This document shows positions 25,121-39,188 of a stretch of DNA of 64,000 nt, in pieces (position 1 is the stretch's first letter; every line of letters begins with the position of its first letter). The notes under the pieces were generated by a model that had not been told where the DNA came from, ran no database searches, and was given only the letters and a program-made list of their open reading frames with translations. Source of the stretch: the human T2T-CHM13v2.0 reference genome, Homo sapiens; NCBI RefSeq assembly GCF_009914755.1, contig NC_060939.1; one strand, given 5' to 3'. The translations under genes and the position numbers were made by a program.

Positions 25121-27789
25121 CTCAGCCTCAGTGTTTTTTTTAAAAACTCTTTAGGTGATTCTAAGGTAAAAGGTAGAAAACTGCTGTTGTAAGGTTTAAT
25201 CTGGGGTTGATTTAGGAGTGGAAGCCAATAGCCATGTTAACAAGCTGTCTACACAGGAACTGGAAACCAAGCTAGAACAGGGGCTCATGTTCATTTGCCT
25301 CTGGTTCAAGAGCCCAAGCTCTTAGAGACTCTTATAATTGGCTGAAATTAAAAGAAGTAACTTTAGTTTCAAGACAAAGTAATTGTGTAAATATTTTATC
25401 CTTTTTGAGATTAGGACTCAAGATTCTGTTTTTCCCTCCTTTAAAACCAGTTTGACTTAATATTCATTTTTTGAAGTAACGTAAACAATATATTTATTTA
25501 CATTCATAGTCCCATCACACTATCCATTGAAAAACAAGAACAAAAACAGAAGCCAACTTAAGCCTTTTATAAGCAGATACTCCTCTATGAATATCAGCAA
25601 TCTGTATTTACAACTATGCCGTTCGGAGCAGTGTGGGCAACACAGCGTTTGACAGAGTTAGATCAGTGAATGCTGCATTTATCAAATGGCTAGTAGTAAT
25701 TAATAGCTTCCATGTGAAATCTCATATTCTTAATAGTAGAAAGAATCTTTCCCAGATCCCCTAAAGGCAACTTCATCAACCATTATTTCCTTTGTCACTT
25801 AAAAAGCAAAATAGCCCAGGCAAACTCCAATTTGAAGCTGTTCATCTCAGCCCCTGCCTTGCATCAAAATTGAAAATGTAATTTCCAGCCCGTCTTCACA
25901 AATGGAATTGTTGTTATTATTCAGTTTTCCATATGTGAGGAGCTGTCACCTCTGTCAACTTCAGCACATCTCCATTTGTGACTCCAAAACCATACTTACA
26001 GGTCTGAACACACGCTGTGCATCTCAAGTGAAGAGGTAATTTCTCTCCTAATGCACCAACAGCCCCACTGATCAGAGCCAAGTCCCTGGTTGGAATATTT
26101 GCTCCTATCATTTCCTAATAACATATTAATGCATCTAATGTCCTCCACAAATGCCAGACATCTCTGCCTTTTGGATATTTCCTGACAGGAGATCCAAGTA
26201 TTGTTATTACCTAGTGCCAGAGGGATGCCACTTAGGATAAGATTATATTTTATTATCAGTCCTGCTTCATGGAAACCAGCCTCTGGATGCGACAGTTTTG
26301 CTCAGACATCCTCTCTCACCCTAACTATGACCATGACTCAGTCCTTTCTTATGTAGAACAAAGTCTATCCCTCTGTAGTTTCTATCCACTCCAGGGGCTC
26401 ACCAGTTGGGAATAGACAAACGAGATTTGGCATCAGAAACCATCTGAGACCCAGGAGATAACTTCAGAGGTGGGTGTGGAGGTTGGTATAGATAGCCCAC
26501 CCAAAGGGCATCAACTAATAATCATCCTAAGCATAATAACAAAACCAAAACAAAACCCAGTATTTCCAAATTCTAGGAGTGAAAAAATTTATCTCAGGAG
26601 TGAAGACAATTTTTGAAGTTATGAGTCTGCTGTGGGTTTTTTGCAAAGAAGGAAAGGGACTGAAACAAAGAACTGAACTGATCTGCATGATAAAGCAGGT
26701 CATTTGGAGGGAGAAGCTATTGCATCATAAACTGAGTGGGGGGTTCCCTGGGATATCAGGAAGAGGAAGTGCCAGAGGAGGCAGATGTGTGGGGAGGCAG
26801 AGTTGAAGTAAGAGAGAAAATGAAAGGGAGGGTTCTGCTGCAAATGAATTAAGGCATTGGCCCTTCCCGTCACATAGGATGGTGCATGTCACTGATGGTC
26901 TTCGGGAGCGAGTATCTGAACAAGTCTTCAGTTCCCATCCCCCTAGTGCTCCCTGGTCCTCAAGTACTCAACTGTGTTAAACACAAGAGTCCTGGGATGT
27001 GGTGGGGAAGCCTGTGTCCATACCTGGGATAATGAGTGGTGGGGAGGACAGTGTTGCTTTTGCTTTTCATCTCCTGTGGTTAGCTGGAAGTGGCAGCAGA
27101 GAACCTTGAGAGGACGAGGGTCTCAGAGCACTGGCCACAAAGTGAATGGAGCAAGTGCTGGTGAGTTACAAAATGACAAGGAGCACAAAACAGACTACTC
27201 TTTCTTCCAAAACAGTCCAGCCTGGACCCTTCTATGATGTGTCTAGGACACAGGCAGGGAGTGATAACTAAGTTATACTGAGTACAGGTGGTGAGCAAGG
27301 ATGTGTCATGGGAAGTCAAACATGGGACAGAAAAATCTGAAATCAGACAAGGAGGGCTCAGATGCATTTTACCTAACTGCTCACCAGGTGCTACAATGCT
27401 TTTATTGACTCAGCTGTTGGTAAGTTTTCTCTTGTCCTGGGTTCAGATACTATCTCTTCTTGATGTGTTTGCAGAGCAGCCTCTTAACCAAAAAAGACAT
27501 CTAACCAAGGCAAAAAAAAAAAAAAAAAAAAAATCGTCTTTCTATATAGTAAGATCCCTAGCCACTGAATTCTTTGAGAGCAAACGATATTTAAGCTCCC
27601 CTAGCAACTTTAAGATTATTGAAATTCAACCCTAAAGAAGCCCCTCAAAGCAATCAGTGCGGAGAAGCAACTCTTTTGTTTTCCTTCAAAGGCTCTCTGA
27701 ACCTAACAGGCGGACATAGCAAGGACAGATGTTCTAAAAAACTGCAAGTATTGTCAGGGACTCTGACTCTCAACTGGTTAGAAATAAGA

Positions 27790-27980
27790 AGGGAGTTAAT
27801 ATTTATTGAAGTCCTACTTTGGGCCAGACTATGTCAGGCATTTTCACATACACATGATCACCCTGTCCTTACAACTCCTCTGTAAAGTAGGCATTGTAAG
27901 GAAAAACGGGCGTAAGTCAGGAAAGGATAGCATTGGCCCTCAGGTCTAACACCAAAGCCTATGGTCTTTCTACATTGTCA
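27790..27980 (-). mobile_element. MIR fragment
   Basis: atttattgaagtcctactttgggccagactatg...ccttacaactcctctgtaaagtagg. Confidence 0.6.
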
Positions 27981-29099
27981 TCCTGTTTCAGAAGGTGCAC
28001 ACATCACAAAGGTACAGCTCAGTGACTGTTCACAGGACATTGCGGTACCTCTGGATGACCATAGAGCATTCCTGTGGTTCCAAGCTGAGGGTTGCAAACT
28101 TGTTGTACATCATGACTTTAATTTAATGGGTCTTGATCAACATTTTTTAAATAAAATCAAATAGAATAGAAAATATTACAGTACATTGCACAAAGTATAG
28201 GTAAGAAATAATTTGTGAAAATGTGTATGTGAAAGAGTTTATTTCAAAACACTTCAAAGACAGTTAATAGAAATTAAGATAGAAACTATTGAATAGCAGT
28301 CTTAGGACATTTTATTGGTCTCACAGTGTTCCTCATGCAATGAGAGTCAGCAAATATCCTGAACCAATCTCATTCAGAGACAGAAAAGCTTAGAAAAGAA
28401 TGCCTATAGCCAAAATCTCTGCAACATCCCAAGCCCCACATTATTGGTTCCAACCCCCATCCAACACATTACCATAACCCCTACATCCATGAAGAGGAAG
28501 GAGGAGTGGGCAGGTGGACCCCATCTATGTTGGAGAGCTATGTTGGGCAGGAGCCTCTGGTCCTAGAAGGCTCTGACCCCACCTTCTCCACTGGCCATCA
28601 GGGTCCTTATAGGCCTCATCCTACCATGCACCTGACCCTTTGATGTTCCAGATAGGCCACAACCAGTAACCATAGGCCTAACCTCAAAAAGTCTGGCTTT
28701 CATATGCCAGATAGGAAAAAAACAGATCACCTTCCCCTTTCTCACCAGTGACCTTTCTGGCAGCCATTGGGCGCTATGTTTATCTAACAAAGGTATCCCA
28801 GCTTTATCTGGACTGGCTAGAAGCACTCTGCCGGTGTTTGTCCTGTAAACACTTTCCTGCCTTGAGACACTCTCTAGCAATGATGGGGGAGGGGGATACT
28901 TTGGAACATGTTCCATGCCACCCTCTCCAAGTTTATCATTAATTCTGTTTAATATGACACCTCTGTGTGCTACTATAACTACAGTAAGCATTTGCCTTCC
29001 ATTCCTTCCACACTCTCCATTTTTCAAGCATCTCTAAGCAAGGCTCTTGGCAGTACATATACGGTATTGGCAGAAAACGGAGGAAATGATCCTTGCTCA

Positions 29100-29895
29100 T
29101 AACAGTAATTCCTCACATTTATATACAGCCTTATAATTGACAAAGCACATTCCGTGCTTTATCTCAATTTATCATCGGTACAGTAGGCACTAACCTAACA
29201 CTCAGAATTCTTAGAACCTCAAAAATCCCAGAGGCTAAGCAACTTGCCCATGCTCACAGGCAAGTAGGCACTGGAATTGGAACCGAAGCCCGACCTTGCT
29301 AACTCTAACAGGGCTCACTGAAGACAAGCCCACCATTCTGGGGCTATAATAACAATAAAAATCACTGACACTATAGAGAATGGGATGGGCTCTGCTCTCT
29401 GTTAAGCATGGTCCACAGAGCATCTAATTTGTTCTTTGTAGCAACTCCTTAAGGTAGGGAGTATTATTTGGCCCATTTTGCAGGTGAGTTAAGAGAAGCT
29501 TCGAAACAGTACATGTACTTGTCCAAGGAACCTCAGCTAGAAAGCGGCCCAGCTGGGACTTGGGCCCGGGCAGATCATGTCCTACACCTATCTTATACGT
29601 AGTCCTTCCTTAGTCCTGTAACTCATTAGATTCTCTTTACATTCTTCAGGCTATTTAGGGTAGGTATTATTATTCCTTTTTATAGATGAGGAATTGAGGC
29701 CTAGAAGAAAATGTTGATAGACACAGAATTTCAAGGGTTGAAAAGGATACTAAAGGTCAATTATTTCACTTTTTTTTTCTTTTTTTGTAAGAGATGAGGA
29801 AATGAGCCTAGAGACATGCAGTAACTCTCCTATGTCACACAGCTCATTAGTGACACAGCCTGGATGCAAACCCAAGTCCCCCGAGCCCATGTTTC
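29100..29895 (-). mobile_element. Cluster of 3-4 MIR fragments
   Basis: Repeated MIR cores (cccattttgcaggtgag, ttttatagatgaggaattgaggc, gatgaggaaatgagcctagaga). Confidence 0.7.
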
Positions 29896-29974
29896 TGCCT
29901 CAGAGGGCTTCTCCAGGCTCTCAGTGGGAGAATAGCCATTTCTGTGCTATTGATTTAAATTCCCTGAGCCTCAG

Positions 29975-30363
29975 TGTATTCGTGTGCTCAGGTTGCCATA
30001 AACAAAATATCAAAAACTAGGTGGCTTAAACAACAGACATTTATTTACTCACTGTTCTGGAGGCTGGAAGTCCAAGATCAAGGTGTTGGCAGGTTTGGTT
30101 TCTCCCAAGACCTCTCTCCTTGGCTTGCAGATGGCTGTCTTCTTGCTGTGTCCTCACAAGTCCTTTTCTCTCTTCACACCTGTGCTCCTGCAATCTCTCC
30201 CTTTTCTTGTAAGGAGGCCAGTTCTATGGAATTAGGGCCCCACCCACTATGATCTCATTTAACCTTAATTACCTCTTTAAAGGCCTATTTTCAAATACTG
30301 TCACACGGAGGGTTAGGGCTTCAACCTATGAATTTGGGGGGCAACATAATTCACTCCATAACA
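29975..30363 (-). mobile_element. MLT1A/MLT1A0 solo LTR inserted into a MIR; imperfect TSD ctcag/ttcag
   Basis: TG...CA termini; ggcttaaacaacagacatttatt, ggaagtccaagatcaaggtg; MIR core cctcag|tttcct split around it. Confidence 0.9.
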
Positions 30364-31563
30364 TTCAGTTTCCTGATCTCTACCATGGGGACACTATTAC
30401 ACCTCTCACCTACCACTCTTCCAGGACTATTGTGAGGATTAAGTAAATAAGAAATTATCTGACACTATGCCCAGCTCAGGGCAAAGGCCTGATTCATGGA
30501 TGTTTGCTTCTGCCCTGCACTCCAAGTTGGGTAGAGAGTGGAGGATGGAGAATGGAAAAAGTGCAAATGCAACACTCAGAAGCCAGAGTCTTGCTAGTGT
30601 CAGGGGAATAACAAGCTCTTGAGAGTAAGAAAGCAACTTACTGTTCGTTATGCTTCCAATTGCTACAGTTGGCATATTATATTAAAGACAGTTAAGAGTT
30701 GGAGAGAAGAAAGCTGCTTTGCAGGCATAAAGAACTTCACAGAAGCAGAGGTTTTAGCATGCTTCATGCTGATTGACGGGATGTCTTCTCTTTAAGTGAG
30801 AGGCTGTCAGGCACCATATTGTTAAGAGCTTATCAAATTTGTACACAGGATATTTTTTATTGCATCATTCCCTCAGATCCTTGCAGTATTTATGTAAAAT
30901 CAAATGGAGAGTCATGCTAAATACTGGACACTATGTGACAAGATCTCCATGTCTCATCTTTTTAGAGACCAATGACCATATAATTTGCACTACAGAAATG
31001 GTGCAAAACAAAACACGGCCCTTTCTTGGGTTTTAATGCTTGTCTAGGTGCCCTCACTCTCTATTTAAAGAAGACAAATACAAAGATGCACACCAGTGAC
31101 AGTAGACACATTAAATATTTGTTCATGGGTAACTATGAAGAAATCATAAAAAAGGGAGGTATAGGGGCCCATGAACCAGGGTTCTAGCATCACCTCAGCC
31201 ACTGACTGCCCTGTACCTCGAGTAATTACTTAACCTCTCAGTTCTGTTTGCTCACTTGCAAAACGAGGTGGCATGCTGAATGATCTCCAAGGCACCACCC
31301 AATCTGAATCATCCAAACAACGCTAAGAAGATCACTTGCCCCAGACCCGCAACTTTCTCCTTCCCTGTTCTCTCTGTGTAGCCATCTCAGCTCCTTCTCC
31401 ACTCCCCATGGTGCTAGAGTCTCCTCTTGAGCCCTGAACTCACTCCTTGGTGTCAATCCTGTGTCTTTTTTTTTCCTTGGAGACACAGGAAATCCCCACT
31501 ATCATTGAACCTCAAGAGGCTTAAAAATGGATTTCAATCTGTTTAAGTTGTTTACTCAAGATG

Positions 31564-31745
31564 AGACAAATCCATTGTCCTTACAGAGCTTAGAATCTCT
31601 CTAGCCTGAAGTTTGCCATCCTTACAGCCAAGTGGCTGCAATCCTTAACTGCCCAGCTTCCGTGTGCCAGGAATAGTGAGAGATTTAGAGAGATCAGGCA
31701 GCCTTTGCCCAAAGAGGGCAGGCCAGGCAGAATGTGGCAATGCCA
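31564..31745. repeat. Left arm of local inverted duplication
   Basis: Reverse complement of 32195-32363; about 13 mismatches in a ~124-nt ungapped core by manual alignment. Confidence 0.95.
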
Positions 31746-31825
31746 TATCCTCCAATTCTGCCTCTGGTTCTGTCAGTGGAACCCACCGTGGAACAGAGGG
31801 AAGACCACAGACCTTGGATTCAGAC

Positions 31826-31871
31826 AGGGCTGAGTTTGAAACCTGCTTAGGGCTGAGTTTGAAACCTGCTT
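31826..31871. repeat. Perfect 23-bp tandem duplication agggctgagtttgaaacctgctt x2
   Basis: Direct read; lies within a MIR-like fragment. Confidence 0.95.
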
Positions 31872-32194
31872 TCAGCACTTCATCACTTCTTTAATTCCCA
31901 AGGACTGATGGGGCATTACCTCTGTACCAGGACATTTTGAAGATACACAGATGCATAAGACACTCCTGGCTTTCAAGAAGCTCTGCAGCCAGCTGTGTGA
32001 CACTGAGAAGAATCATCGACCTCTCTGAGGCAGAACTTCTCATATTTTAATTAGGATACTATCCCCCTCTTAGGGCTGCTGTGAGCTAAACAGGATAAAC
32101 GGAATACCAGGTTTCTCTTCTGTCCTTTCTCTCCGCTACCAGCCCACACTGATTTCCTGCTGTCTTCCCAGGGACTTCGGGCCTGACTACGCTC

Positions 32195-32363
32195 TGGCAT
32201 TGCCACCTTATGCCTGGTGGGCAGAGGCTGCCTGACCTCTCTGGATCTCTCACCATTCCTGGCACCCAGAAGCTGTGCAGTTAAGGATTGCAGCCATTGT
32301 GCTGTAAGGATGGCAAACTACAGGCTCGAGAGATTCTAAGCACCCCGGACAACAAATTTGTCT
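32195..32363. repeat. Right arm of local inverted duplication
   Basis: Reverse complement of 31564-31745. Confidence 0.95.
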
Positions 32364-33613
32364 TTTCCTTTTGTCCTCAGTGCTAAACACCTAGCCCAAC
32401 CCATAGTAGGTACTCAATGAATAATAATTTTCATCCTAACTCAGAGAGGAGCCTGGATGCTCATCGTTCTTCATTTAAATACAGGAGCCCTCATCTCCCT
32501 CGTGCATGTGTCAAGGAAAATGAACAACGTGATTTAGACGAACAACAGGGAAGCCAACGCAATTCCCCCAACTTCCCATCACAATTACTAACAGACTCAT
32601 TCCCTCATTTATCCCTCTCTTATATTTTCATTGTTCCGTAAAGAATGAAATGTGCTGATGAAAACTCACAAAGGTGCTGAAGCCAACTGAAAAGGCAAAG
32701 AGGGGAAAAAAAGATTTTTAGGAAAGAATGAAGTACAATAGTAGGAATAACAAACCAAGACACCAGGAAAATCTCTGCCAGGTGGCCACAAACGGTTTTC
32801 TATTTCTGTCCTTGTCAAATGCCTCGTTGGATGAGGCCACACACAAATACTTCCGCTCTGACAAGGGACACTTTGTGCGCCGAGTCCTTCATTAGTTCTG
32901 CTATATCAGGTGAGTTCATGTTCCTCTGGGCAGTTTTATTAGCACTTGAAATCCCTGAAACCCTTAAACCAAGTCACCATCACACTGATCATAATTAGCG
33001 TTGCTCAAAGTACACATTCTGAAAACTCATATTAAAAATGCCCTGATCATTTCCAACTAAAGAGTTTTTAGCCCAAGGAACTTGGCACATCTGCTTTAGA
33101 AGTCAGTCATCTATGAGAGGCTTTTCTCTCCTGTATAATCAGTAGGCACAGAGCAATAGCCCAGCAGGCTTTCCTTTATCTTTGGGAAAAAAGAGTCAAA
33201 ATTACATTTATGAAATAATCCTTAAAATAACTTAGAGAACATCTGGTTCTAGTGAGTGGCCCAGGTCAAGAGGACAGTCAGTAATTAGTTAACCATAGGA
33301 AACAGATGGATTTTCAAGTCCATTTGTCAAGAATTATTTGTGTTAGGTGTCCCTGCCTCCAGGTTTCCCTGTCTCAACTGGAAATATGACAGTGGCAGGG
33401 GAGAAATCAATGTGAACAATACAGGACCAGGTGGTCATGGTGGAAGACATGTACATGAGCTGGGCCTCAAAGGCTGAGCAGAAACTGGATAGAGTGAGGA
33501 GAAGGGAAAGCATTAGAGGGGCTAGAATGTAAAGAAGGGCTTGGAGTAACCCTGATTCACCCAACTGACCTTCTACCAGGTACAAGATGGGCAATCCTAG
33601 AGACAAAGGGACA

Positions 33614-35275
<1,662 letters not shown>

Positions 35276-35640
35276 TTTAAAAATTTATGTGATGAGTTGT
35301 GAAGTTGAATGAAACTATTCTAAATCACAAATAATGAAAATAATATTCAATCAACTATGATAAAGAGCAAATTATCCTTCTGCTTTCTCTGCAATATTGT
35401 AAGATCACTATCACAGGAAAAAGTAATCGAAGAATATGAAACCAAAAAAATATAAAGGAAAGAGGTTTATCAGTTGATTTATTGATTAAAATAATGAACA
35501 ATTTCCCCAAAGTTTGTGATGTCTGTAGTATTTCCCAGCTTTTAAATGTGTAAGTTGTTACGATTTCTTCTCTCATCCTAAATAAATATTTTTAGGCCTA
35601 ATTTTGTATTCTTTTTCTTAAAGTGGACCCCTCTCCTCTT
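35276..35640 (+). mobile_element. Zaphod/MER115-like element, second part
   Basis: Homologous to ~48750-49100 (ctaaataaatatt...cctaattttgtat...ttttcttaaag). Confidence 0.65.
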
Positions 35641-36169
35641 AAGTAATCAAGGCCTCTGAATTCTGCAACTTCTATCCATGTTTTCCTCTCTTGCTATTTT
35701 CTCTAGGGCATGTTTTCATTTGCCAAAATTTTTAAAATAAATGTAATCACCTTCTATATTAGTAGCAAATTATATGCAACCAATATATGCTGTTCTAACA
35801 CTTGTCCCATTATTAACACCCGTGAAGTGAAACACCTTTTCCTCAACCTGTCCTCACAGAGGACCTCTGTCACAGATCTGGCATGTATCCTTAAATGACA
35901 TCCTGCCCAGTTTTTGTGGAGGCTCTCCTGAGAAAGGACATAAGGACTGCCCATTTGTCTGCCTTCTATAGTCACAACTTAACTTCCTCATGAACATGTT
36001 GCTGTTGGTTCAAACATCTTCATTCCATAGCATGCCCCCCAAAAAGTAAAACAAAGAGATAATCACACATTATCTCTCTGTTTAATTTTTTTTGGGGGGG
36101 CATGTAATAGTAATTACATTTTGGCAAGCATTTTCTTTGTAGAAGAATCTATGATAGTGTCTCTGAAAA

Positions 36170-36350
36170 TGAAAAAAGAACATTTATTGTATACCTACAA
36201 TGTGTTGCACCTTGTGTAAATACTACATTTATTTCTCATACCAACCTTGTGCAATAGGTATCATTATCCCTGAGAGATTAATTAACTTGCCCAAGATCAC
36301 ACAGCTAGCTAGAAGTAATTGGATTTACCTGACCTGAAAGCCATGCTGGT
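36170..36350 (-). mobile_element. MIR fragment
   Basis: catttattgtatacctac...aacttgcccaagatcacacagctag. Confidence 0.7.
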
Positions 36351-38789
36351 GTTAGCACTTTCATCGACTTTCCTCTCTACCCCTGTCTTCCTTACCTCTC
36401 TATTTGGGTTTCTCTACCTACAAGTGGTTGAACATAAAATAGTGTCACTTTGGGTAATGTTCCCTAAAAGTTGGGGTCAGCAGATTTTTAATTTTCTTTC
36501 TCATTGGCCCACCCTTAGTGAAGTCAAGTCTTTGAATTGACCTTCAGTTGTAAGTATGGAGGAAAACTTAATTTTAAATCAGAATTTTGCCAAGAACAAG
36601 CCTACCTTTTCAAGGCTCACCCAACATTCAGTGTTGACAAGCCACCCTTTAAAGGGAGCCGGAATGGCAGGGTTGAGAGATTCTAAACCAGGCACCACAA
36701 AGGCTCCTGTTAAAAAGGAAGAACTGAATCCCCTGCCTCCCGCTGCAGATGCCATTCGCTCCAGGGACTGGATGTCAGAACAAGCCAAAGCAGGTTTCAT
36801 TCATCCTTGTCCAAACCCCAGGGAGCCAGGGCACTTTATTCAAGGCAGAATATTCAAAGTCTTCACCATTTGCCTCCTCGGCCATCTCCCTCCAGCCAGG
36901 TGGCCAGCAGATTCTGATTGATCCCAACAATGTTTCTTCTCATATCTGAATTTCACAAGCATGTGAGAAGTCTCAGGTGTGGGTTTTTCCCCTAGTGCTT
37001 CTAATAAACCAGGTCCTCATGCTTGAAATAAAGCGTGCATCAAGAGACTCTCCCTGGCTAGCCATGCAGCTTCTCGGCAGGTGATTCCACTCTTTGGGGG
37101 CTTTCAGAACTTCAGAATCTATAATCAGACGCTTGGAATGACAGCAAATGACGTGACCCCAGAGGAAATTTGCTTCCCCTTTTGTGGGATGTTAGCTGCT
37201 TTAGAATTCTCAGAGGGACACTCTTCTGGCTAAAGGAATCTTCGGGGGAATAAGAACTGAGGAAGATGGGGCCAAGAGATTTCATTATTGCTGGCAAGGA
37301 GTGCAGGTGGGGGGTCCTGCCTGGGAGGACCCCTGCTGTCCTGGGTGCCACACTTCTAGAGCTTTAACAACCACAGCAGACCCATTGTGAAGGAAAGCCA
37401 GATGATCAAGAGTAGGCAGCCTCTGTTGTGTTAGAAAAGGTATTAAATGACACAGCTTCCTCACTCTGAAAAGATCAGGACTCAGAAACAATCCAATCAA
37501 AGTCTCTGCAGATAATGATTAAGAGGAGTGAGAAGTTGTACACGGCCTTGTTCAGCTAACCCTACACATGGGGACTAGGGAGCAGCCTCCAAATTGGAAG
37601 GAAGCCATTTGGGAAAAATTGAAAGGAAATGTAACTTTACACAGCAGGTAGGAAACTTATGGGACTTACTAGCCCTTGAGGTGGTACAGGCCATTTATTA
37701 ATAGAATCAAAGCATGTTTAGAAGAATGTGTGAAATAAGAGATCCACTGTGGACCAGTCAGGGAAGTCAGGATATTTGACTAGGGTTTGCCATGATCTTT
37801 TGTAGTTGACCTAATAGATGGGCTATTATCAAACACAGCACAGGTGGATGATATTCACAAACATGACACATATTCCCATGGGTATCTCCGGATTTTGGCC
37901 TCTGCCACAGACAAAATATGAGCTGTACCTCTACCCTTTATTACCTAATGAAGCAAGGATACTGCAATGAGTGAGAATTAAAGTAACATAGTGTGGCTAT
38001 AACCTGAAATTTCTTAGCGAACAGATGAACTCCAAATTCACCTCAAGGGTTCTCTGGGCTTTTGTCCTGCATATATATTCTGTCTAACTCACGCAGCCAT
38101 GGCTGTGAAGCACACCAGGATCTCAATGATAAGACTTCAGGCACAGGGGAGTTAATTGGGCCTGGGCAGAGATTGTAATGCTCTAGGAGGGAAGAAATCA
38201 TGACCATGGAATTGATTACTGTTAAAATGACACATGCTCAAAATATTTAATTAACTAATTATCCAAAATAGTAATTATCCCTCACTTGCCAAGCCCACTG
38301 AACCTAAGGGATGCACAAGCAGTGGCAATCATAATGTCCAAGAGGACCTGAAAATTTGAGGGTGTGATTTGAGCTGAACTTGGTCTACGGGGAGACTGCT
38401 TAAATAGGCAGAGTCCCATGTCTGCTAGCAATTTCCACTACAAACAGATTCTTCCAAATAGGCACAGAATCATTTCAGTAGCCAGGCTTTCAAGAGCAGG
38501 ATCCCTTGAAGAGGCTAAAATGAACAAGGCAGGGACTTGGATACCAACCAGATCATCAGACCACCGATTTGATCTGTGGATGTGATGATGAGCTGAAAAA
38601 CCAACCAGAACTAAAAACTGTTTTTAAATGGGAAGATTCTTGGGTATCTAGCTCTAAAGGCTCAAAGTGAATAAGGTTGTACTGATGAACTCCCCAAGGC
38701 AGATGACATACCAGGTCTGCAGATGATTCCAGACTGACTCAACCACCCCAGTAATTTTCTGAGATACTTCAAGGCATGGATCTCTCTGT

Positions 38790-38972
38790 ACTCTCTATGA
38801 CCATGTACAAGTCTCTTAAACTTTCTGTACCTTGGTTTTCTAATGTTTAGAATGGAAATCATAAATAGTGCCCCACAATGTTATTCTAAAGATTCCATAA
38901 TATATCTATGAGGACTCTGGTATAGCCCCTCGCATATCATGGGAACTTAATATATGGTGACTATTATTATTT
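38790..38972 (+). mobile_element. MIR fragment
   Basis: aagtctcttaaactttctgtaccttggttttctaatgtttagaatgg. Confidence 0.6.
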
Positions 38973-39188
38973 AATGCTTCCCAACTAAGCTAGACCAGGA
39001 CGCAGGGCTGAGACCTTGCCCTGGAAACTCATACAACCATGAAATCAGCTCCACAGAACTTAACTGGGTTACTTGCTGACGTCTCTGATGGCTGTTTTGT
39101 CATTGAGTACACCCAAGTCAAAAACATAATGTGGATCTTGAGACAGACGGTTGTTAGGTCCTTCTAGAACAGTGAAAATTTAGCAGGT

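Noticed and set aside
27512-27533. A22 run
   Set aside because: No flanking direct repeat, so not callable as a tail-only insertion.
28563-29027. Longest ORF (154 aa, minus strand)
   Set aside because: Non-ATG start, no recognisable homology; this length is expected by chance in 64 kb.
31564-32363. Reading the inverted repeat as a DNA transposon with long TIRs
   Set aside because: No TSD, ragged outer ends, and the spacer contains MIR-like debris; kept as an inverted duplication.
32807-32870. Small hairpin tgtccttgtca...tgacaagggaca
   Set aside because: 11-bp stem with a bulge and a large loop; compatible with chance and not pre-miRNA-like.
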